A DNA stretch of 64,000 nt from Candidatus Doudnabacteria bacterium (lineage in GTDB: Bacteria > Patescibacteriota > Doudnabacteria > UBA920 > VMFF01), in the NCBI GenBank assembly GCA_028286905.1, contig JAQBQP010000001.1:79114-143113 (forward strand), given 5' to 3'. Below the pieces are notes generated by a model that was not told the DNA's origin, ran no database searches, and saw only the letters and a list, made by a program, of their open reading frames with translations. Made by a program: the position numbers and the translations under genes. Numbering within the stretch: position 1 is the stretch's first letter; each line of letters begins with the position of its first letter. This document shows positions 59,377-64,000 of this stretch, in pieces.

Positions 59377-59520
59377 GGGCGTGGAAAGAGCCTTGCAGCA
59401 AGCAAGGTGTAGACTCCACCGCTATCCCGCGTAACAGGAATGATTAAGTAATAAATCAAGTTGGTACCTCGCCTTTGCAATTAACGGCGAACTTGAGCAC
59501 CTTTGGTGCTTTTTATTTTT
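59377..59520 (+). ncRNA. T-box riboswitch (Val) upstream of valS
   Basis: Antiterminator CAAGT-TGGTACC-TCGCC...GGCGA-ACTTG; overlapping terminator AGCAC...GTGCT plus T run; GTA Val specifier at 59409-59411. Confidence 0.85.
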
Positions 59521-59531
59521 GGAAAAATATT

Positions 59532-61715
59532 ATGACAGAAAATTCAAACGAGAAATTAGACGAGATGGCTTCTTCCTACGACTCCCGCGCTACAGAGGAT
59601 GCTATTTATAAACTTTGGGAAGATTCCGGATTTTTTAATCCTGACAATCTTACGGGCGAACCTTTCAGTATGATGTTGCCTCCACCAAATGTCACAGGGA
59701 CTTTGCATATAGGCCACGCCTACGAAGAAACCCTTCAAGACATTGTCATCCGTTTTCAAAGGATGCAGGGCAAGAAAGTTTTGTGGCTTCCAGGGACTGA
59801 CCATGCGCCAATTGCTACTGAGTCTAAAGTGGTTAAGCTTTTAGAAAAAGAAGGTAAAAGAAAAACCGATTTCACCCGAGAAGATTTTCTAGCAAGAGTA
59901 AATAAATTTGCTCAAGAAAGCCATGACACAATAGTAAATCAAGTTAAAAAACTTGGTGCTTCTTTAGACTGGAGTCGCGAAGCTTATACCTTTGATGAAA
60001 AAAGAAACTTTGCAGTTAGAACTGCCTTCAAAACGATGTACGACTTAGGTTTAATATATCGTGGCGATCGAGTTATAAATTGGGACCCAAAAGGTCAGAC
60101 AACAATTTCGGATGACGAAATTGTCCATGAAGAACGCAAGGCTAAAATGTATACTTTCAAATACAGTGCGGACTTCCCTATTTCGATTTCTTCGACCCGA
60201 CCGGAAACTAAAGTTGGCGACGTTGCAGTTGCCGTTCATCCTGCTGACGACCGCTATAAACAATTTGTTGGCAAGGAATACGATGCGATTTTCTGCGAAG
60301 TTCCAATCCATATTAAAATTATTGCTGACGAAAGCGTAGAAAAAGATTTTGGCACCGGCGCTTTAGGTGTTACCCCTGCACACTCAATGATCGATTATGA
60401 AATTGCTCAAAGACATAATCTTCCACTTAAAACAGTTATTAATGAGTTCGCAAAGATGACGGTAGAAGGCCTTTTGAAAGATAAAAAAACTACGGACGCA
60501 CGGGAAATTGTTGTTGAATGGTTACGCTCTCAAAATCTTCTGGAAAAAGAAGAAGAGGTTGTTCAAAACGTCTCTACTTCGGAGAGAACTGGCGCAGTAA
60601 TTGAACCTTTGCCAAAACTACAATGGTTTATAGATGTAAATAAGGACTTTGCTTTCCCACACTCCGAATTAGCGGGAATCAAACAAGGTGACGCAATTAG
60701 CTTGAAAAAGCTAATGCGTCAGGTCGTGGAAAGTGGCGCAATTAAATTTAGCCAAGAAAATTATCAAAAAGTTTATTTTAATTGGATTAACAATCTTAGG
60801 GACTGGTGTATTAGCAGGCAAATCTGGTTTGGCCATCGTATCCCAGTGTGGTATAAAGATTCGGAAATTTACTGCGGCATAGAAGCTCCTACTGGTGAAG
60901 GTTGGACTCAGGATTCAGACACCTTAGATACTTGGTACTCATCCGGACTCTGGACGACTAGCACCTTGGGTTGGCCGGAACAAACTAAAGATTTCAAAAC
61001 TTACCATCCAACTTCTTTGGTAATGCCGGGCTATGAAATTCTGTTCCCCTGGGTTGCTCGGATGATTTTAATGACAACTAGTTTAACCGGACAAATCCCT
61101 TTTAAAGAAGTTTTACTGCATGGAATTGTTCGCGACAATAAAGGTAGAAAATTTAGTAAGTCTTTAGGTAATGGTGTAGACCCTTTAGAAATAATTGAGC
61201 AGTACGGAGCTGACGCTTTGCGGATTGCTTTAATTTTTAGCACTGCTCCCGGTAACGATGTAATATTTGACGAGCAAAAAGTTAAAGGAATGAAGCATTT
61301 CGCAAACAAGATTTGGAATATTGCGAGATTTGTTTTAGCAAACACCGATACTGCTTTAATGAACACAACTAGTTCCAGGAAACCAGAAGGCCTAACAGAA
61401 GCTGACAAGGAGGTATTGGCAAAGCTAGATGAGGTTGTGATTGCAACAACTGCGCACATTGAAGCATCCCGTTTCCACGAAGCGGCTCAAGCTTTATACC
61501 AATTTGCTTGGTACGAATTTGCAGATAAATACATTGAGGCGAGCAAAGAACAATTGTTGGATGCAAATCAGAAAGAAAACACACAAAAGATTCTGCTTTA
61601 CAATTTGGATGTAACACTACGTTTATTGCATCCGTTCATGCCGTTCGTCACCGAAGAACTTTGGAAAAATCTAAAGAAAGAGAAGCTGCTGTTAATAAGC
61701 GAGTGGCCTAAATAG
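59532..61715 (+). CDS. valS: Valyl-tRNA synthetase (lacks the C-terminal coiled-coil arm)
   Basis: PPPNVTG.LHIGHA, WLPGTDHA, DWCISRQIWFGHRIP, DTLDTW.SS, KFSKSLGN. Confidence 0.97.
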   Translation: MTENSNEKLDEMASSYDSRATEDAIYKLWEDSGFFNPDNLTGEPFSMMLPPPNVTGTLHIGHAYEETLQDIVIRFQRMQGKKVLWLPGTDHAPIATESKVVKLLEKEGKRKTDFTREDFLARVNKFAQESHDTIVNQVKKLGASLDWSREAYTFDEKRNFAVRTAFKTMYDLGLIYRGDRVINWDPKGQTTISDDEIVHEERKAKMYTFKYSADFPISISSTRPETKVGDVAVAVHPADDRYKQFVGKEYDAIFCEVPIHIKIIADESVEKDFGTGALGVTPAHSMIDYEIAQRHNLPLKTVINEFAKMTVEGLLKDKKTTDAREIVVEWLRSQNLLEKEEEVVQNVSTSERTGAVIEPLPKLQWFIDVNKDFAFPHSELAGIKQGDAISLKKLMRQVVESGAIKFSQENYQKVYFNWINNLRDWCISRQIWFGHRIPVWYKDSEIYCGIEAPTGEGWTQDSDTLDTWYSSGLWTTSTLGWPEQTKDFKTYHPTSLVMPGYEILFPWVARMILMTTSLTGQIPFKEVLLHGIVRDNKGRKFSKSLGNGVDPLEIIEQYGADALRIALIFSTAPGNDVIFDEQKVKGMKHFANKIWNIARFVLANTDTALMNTTSSRKPEGLTEADKEVLAKLDEVVIATTAHIEASRFHEAAQALYQFAWYEFADKYIEASKEQLLDANQKENTQKILLYNLDVTLRLLHPFMPFVTEELWKNLKKEKLLLISEWPK

Positions 61716-61878
61716 GTCGCATTAATAGTCCAAAACACCGCTCCCAATAGGCGGTTTTTGGTTTGACTTTGATAAAAATTTCTTCTATACTCCTATATCG
61801 TTCTAGTTCGAAAAACGCCAAGGAGGCCTCATAGATAACAACAAAGGTCTCTGGCAACCCACTTTCTCGAGGTGCAGA

Positions 61879-62343
61879 ATGCGTAAGTACTTAGGGACTC
61901 TATTTTTAGTTAGCTTGATCGTGATGATAGGCGTCTCGGCCTTAGTCCTCAGATCGTCGCCTAAACCTGGCAGCCGCCTTGCTCTGCAGCATCAATGGGC
62001 AGATTCATCGCGGCTCTCTGGACGAGAGATCAGAGTTCTTGCAATGATCCCTGACACCGCGCGCTGCGCAAACTTCTACAACTCGCTCAATCGCCTGGGT
62101 TGGGTCCTGCTTCAGACAGAGAGCGATGACTCCAGCTTCTACTCTCATATGACCAAGGAGGATTACGCCCGTGCCGCCCGAACAATCGTGGAGCGCGACA
62201 GCGCCTACCGGCAGCTGTGCACGAGTAACCGTACATTCGTAGCGACCCAGAAATACAAGCTTGCAGTCGCGCGCGCAAGGGAGGTGCTTGACCTGGAGAA
62301 AGCCTACTACGCGGCGTTAACCAACTCGAGCAGCTTGCGGTAG
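61879..62343 (+). CDS. GC-rich orphan membrane-anchored/secreted protein (unit 8)
   Basis: GAGGTG SD, promoter TTGACT-17-TATACT at 61763-61791, N-terminal TM, terminator at 62372-62402. Confidence 0.75.
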   Translation: MRKYLGTLFLVSLIVMIGVSALVLRSSPKPGSRLALQHQWADSSRLSGREIRVLAMIPDTARCANFYNSLNRLGWVLLQTESDDSSFYSHMTKEDYARAARTIVERDSAYRQLCTSNRTFVATQKYKLAVARAREVLDLEKAYYAALTNSSSLR

Positions 62344-62371
62344 ATACACCCGCGCCGATGTTGTTACAACG

Positions 62372-62402
62372 AAAACGCCCCGACTTGCAATCGGGGCGTT
62401 TT
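62372..62402. terminator. Bidirectional terminator between unit 8 and rpoC
   Basis: AAAACGCCCCGA-cttgcaa-TCGGGGCGTTTT. Confidence 0.85.
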
Positions 62403-62450
62403 GTTATTTATCAACAGTTTATACCGTAGGGTTGATACCTAGGGTGAACC

Positions 62451-64000
62451 TTAGGCTTCGACTTCGTCTTGGCCTGGAGCCTTTAGATCGGCGTCGATTA
62501 GTTCCTCTGCAACAACGGGGTTGAACCCGGTTCCTGCTGGAATCAACTTACCGATGATAACGTTTTCCTTCAAACCTCTTAAGGTATCGGTCTTAGCTGC
62601 TAAAGCCGCTTCGATCAATACACGCGTGGTTTCTTGGAAGGATGCCGCTGCTAGGAATGATTCGGTGTTCAAGGAAACTTTTGTAATACCCATCAAAAGT
62701 TGTTCTGCTTGGGCAGCCTTGCGGCCATCGGCAACTAACTTTTCATTGGTGTCATTCAAACGTGCCTTGTCGATCAAATCGCCTACTAGGAATTCAGAAT
62801 CGCCTGCTTCCAAGATTCTCATCTTAGAGAACATTTGGCGAACGATAACTTCAACGTGTTTATCGTGAATATTCTGACCTTGAGAAACGTAAATATCTTG
62901 AACTTCTTTTACGATATAGTTTTGCGCATCTTGGGTACCGCGCAAGCCTAATATTTGTCCAAGGTTTAAGTTACCTTCGGTCATCTGCTGACCCTTAGTA
63001 ACTAAGTCATGATCTTTAATAGATAGAGAGAACGAAGTTGGGATAGTGTATTCACGAACATGCTCATCGGATTCTCGAACAACAATAATTTTGTTGTTTT
63101 GCATGTGAACAATACCTGCAGCCTTAGCTTTTACAGCCTTACCAGCGCCGTTAATAAACAATGCTTCGTTTTCTGTAACCTTATCGCCATCTTTTAATTG
63201 AGTTTGAGCTTCATCCAAAGTGTACTCATCTTTCTCTGCGCCTTCGCTTTGAATTCGGACTAAGTATTCTTTGTTGTTAGGCTTGCTGATATAAGCAGTA
63301 CCATCAATATCAGAAACTGTAGCCTGACCTTTTGGTTCACGAGCTTCAAACAATTCTTCAACACGAGGCAAACCTTGAGTAATGTCGACACCCGCTACAC
63401 CTCCAGTGTGGAATGTACGCATCGTCAACTGTGTTCCTGGCTCACCAATCGCCTGAGCAGCCACGATTCCTACCGCAGCTCCAAGCTTAACCATCTCATT
63501 GAATCCAAGGTCGTAACCGTAACATAGACGGCAAACGCCTCGAACCAATTTACATTTCAAAACTGAACGACATTTTACGGAATCAATTCCGGAATCGGCT
63601 GCACCGATCAACTTAGAAATGTGTTCGTCTAAACCTTCGTTTTTCTTTACCAAAACTTTACCGTCATTATCCTTAATGTCTTCAGCGGCAACACGACCAA
63701 ACAAACGACGGTCGAACCCTTTGTTCATTTGTTCAGCCATTGCGCGAGTTACATCAATATAATCTAAAGTTCCACAATCCTCTGAATTCACAACGATATC
63801 TTGAGCAACGTCTACTAAACGTCTAGTTAAGTAACCAGCGTCCGCTGTTCTCAAAGCTGTGTCGGACATACCTTTACGAGAACCGTGAGTAGAAATGAAG
63901 TATTCCAATACTGTTAGACCTTCTTTGAAGGAACCTTTTACAGGAAGTTCAATAACGTCTCCGGCAGGGTTTACCACTAAACCTTTCATACCGGCCATCT
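62451..64000 (-). CDS. rpoC: RNA polymerase beta' subunit (3' part; runs off the window)
   Basis: [74 protein letters not shown]. Confidence 0.99.
   Translation of the reverse strand, partial: MAGMKGLVVNPAGDVIELPVKGSFKEGLTVLEYFISTHGSRKGMSDTALRTADAGYLTRRLVDVAQDIVVNSEDCGTLDYIDVTRAMAEQMNKGFDRRLFGRVAAEDIKDNDGKVLVKKNEGLDEHISKLIGAADSGIDSVKCRSVLKCKLVRGVCRLCYGYDLGFNEMVKLGAAVGIVAAQAIGEPGTQLTMRTFHTGGVAGVDITQGLPRVEELFEAREPKGQATVSDIDGTAYISKPNNKEYLVRIQSEGAEKDEYTLDEAQTQLKDGDKVTENEALFINGAGKAVKAKAAGIVHMQNNKIIVVRESDEHVREYTIPTSFSLSIKDHDLVTKGQQMTEGNLNLGQILGLRGTQDAQNYIVKEVQDIYVSQGQNIHDKHVEVIVRQMFSKMRILEAGDSEFLVGDLIDKARLNDTNEKLVADGRKAAQAEQLLMGITKVSLNTESFLAAASFQETTRVLIEAALAAKTDTLRGLKENVIIGKLIPAGTGFNPVVAEELIDADLKAPGQDEVEA

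Noticed and set aside
59475-59531. N-terminal extension of ValRS in the ORF track
   Set aside because: It overlaps the T-box antiterminator and terminator; the ATG at 59532 is more plausible.
27468-62402. GC-rich units as integron cassettes
   Set aside because: No shared attC-like GTTRRRY/RYYYAAC boundaries were seen, the units are dispersed and have their own promoters, and no intI is present.
62421-62445. Short tandem ATACC(G)TAGGGT duplication after rpoC
   Set aside because: Two imperfect 11-12-nt copies only; too little to interpret.
1-64000. Genome-wide alternative genetic code (UGA=Gly as in Gracilibacteria/Absconditabacteria)
   Set aside because: Core genes are full length under code 11 with no in-frame TGA.

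Overview
AT-rich (roughly 40% GC by eye) chromosomal segment, genetic code 11. It most likely comes from a Patescibacteria/CPR bacterium (Parcubacteria- or Doudnabacteria-like). This is inferred from the lepB-hisS-HIT-rpsU-yqeY-ftsA-ftsZ order, scattered pilin-like genes, secG fused into an operon with an orphan OppA-like binding protein, a short ValRS and the absence of biosynthetic genes. The backbone is housekeeping: ftsZ/ftsA, der, pth, dprA-topA, a MarR-MacAB-type exporter, hrcA-grpE-dnaK-dnaJ with a CIRCE site, uvrA/uvrC, rnj, trpS, ychF, rpsF-ssb-rpsR-efp, trxB, tsaD, T-box-valS, the 3' part of rpoC, tRNA-Lys(TTT) and tRNA-Glu(TTC). The most notable observations follow. (1) At least eight dispersed GC-rich orphan single-gene units; most carry their own sigma70 promoter, a strong Shine-Dalgarno site and a terminator, while many native genes look leaderless. 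(2) A ~200-nt structured ncRNA candidate between pth and dprA, with a repeat/anti-repeat architecture and an anti-SD-like segment complementary to the start regions of some of those GC-rich units. (3) A HisRS paralog lacking the catalytic arginines. (4) A T-box riboswitch with a truncated Stem I. (5) A 19-bp bidirectional leaderless promoter. No CRISPR array, integrase or transposase was seen. All calls come from reading the sequence; no searches were run.
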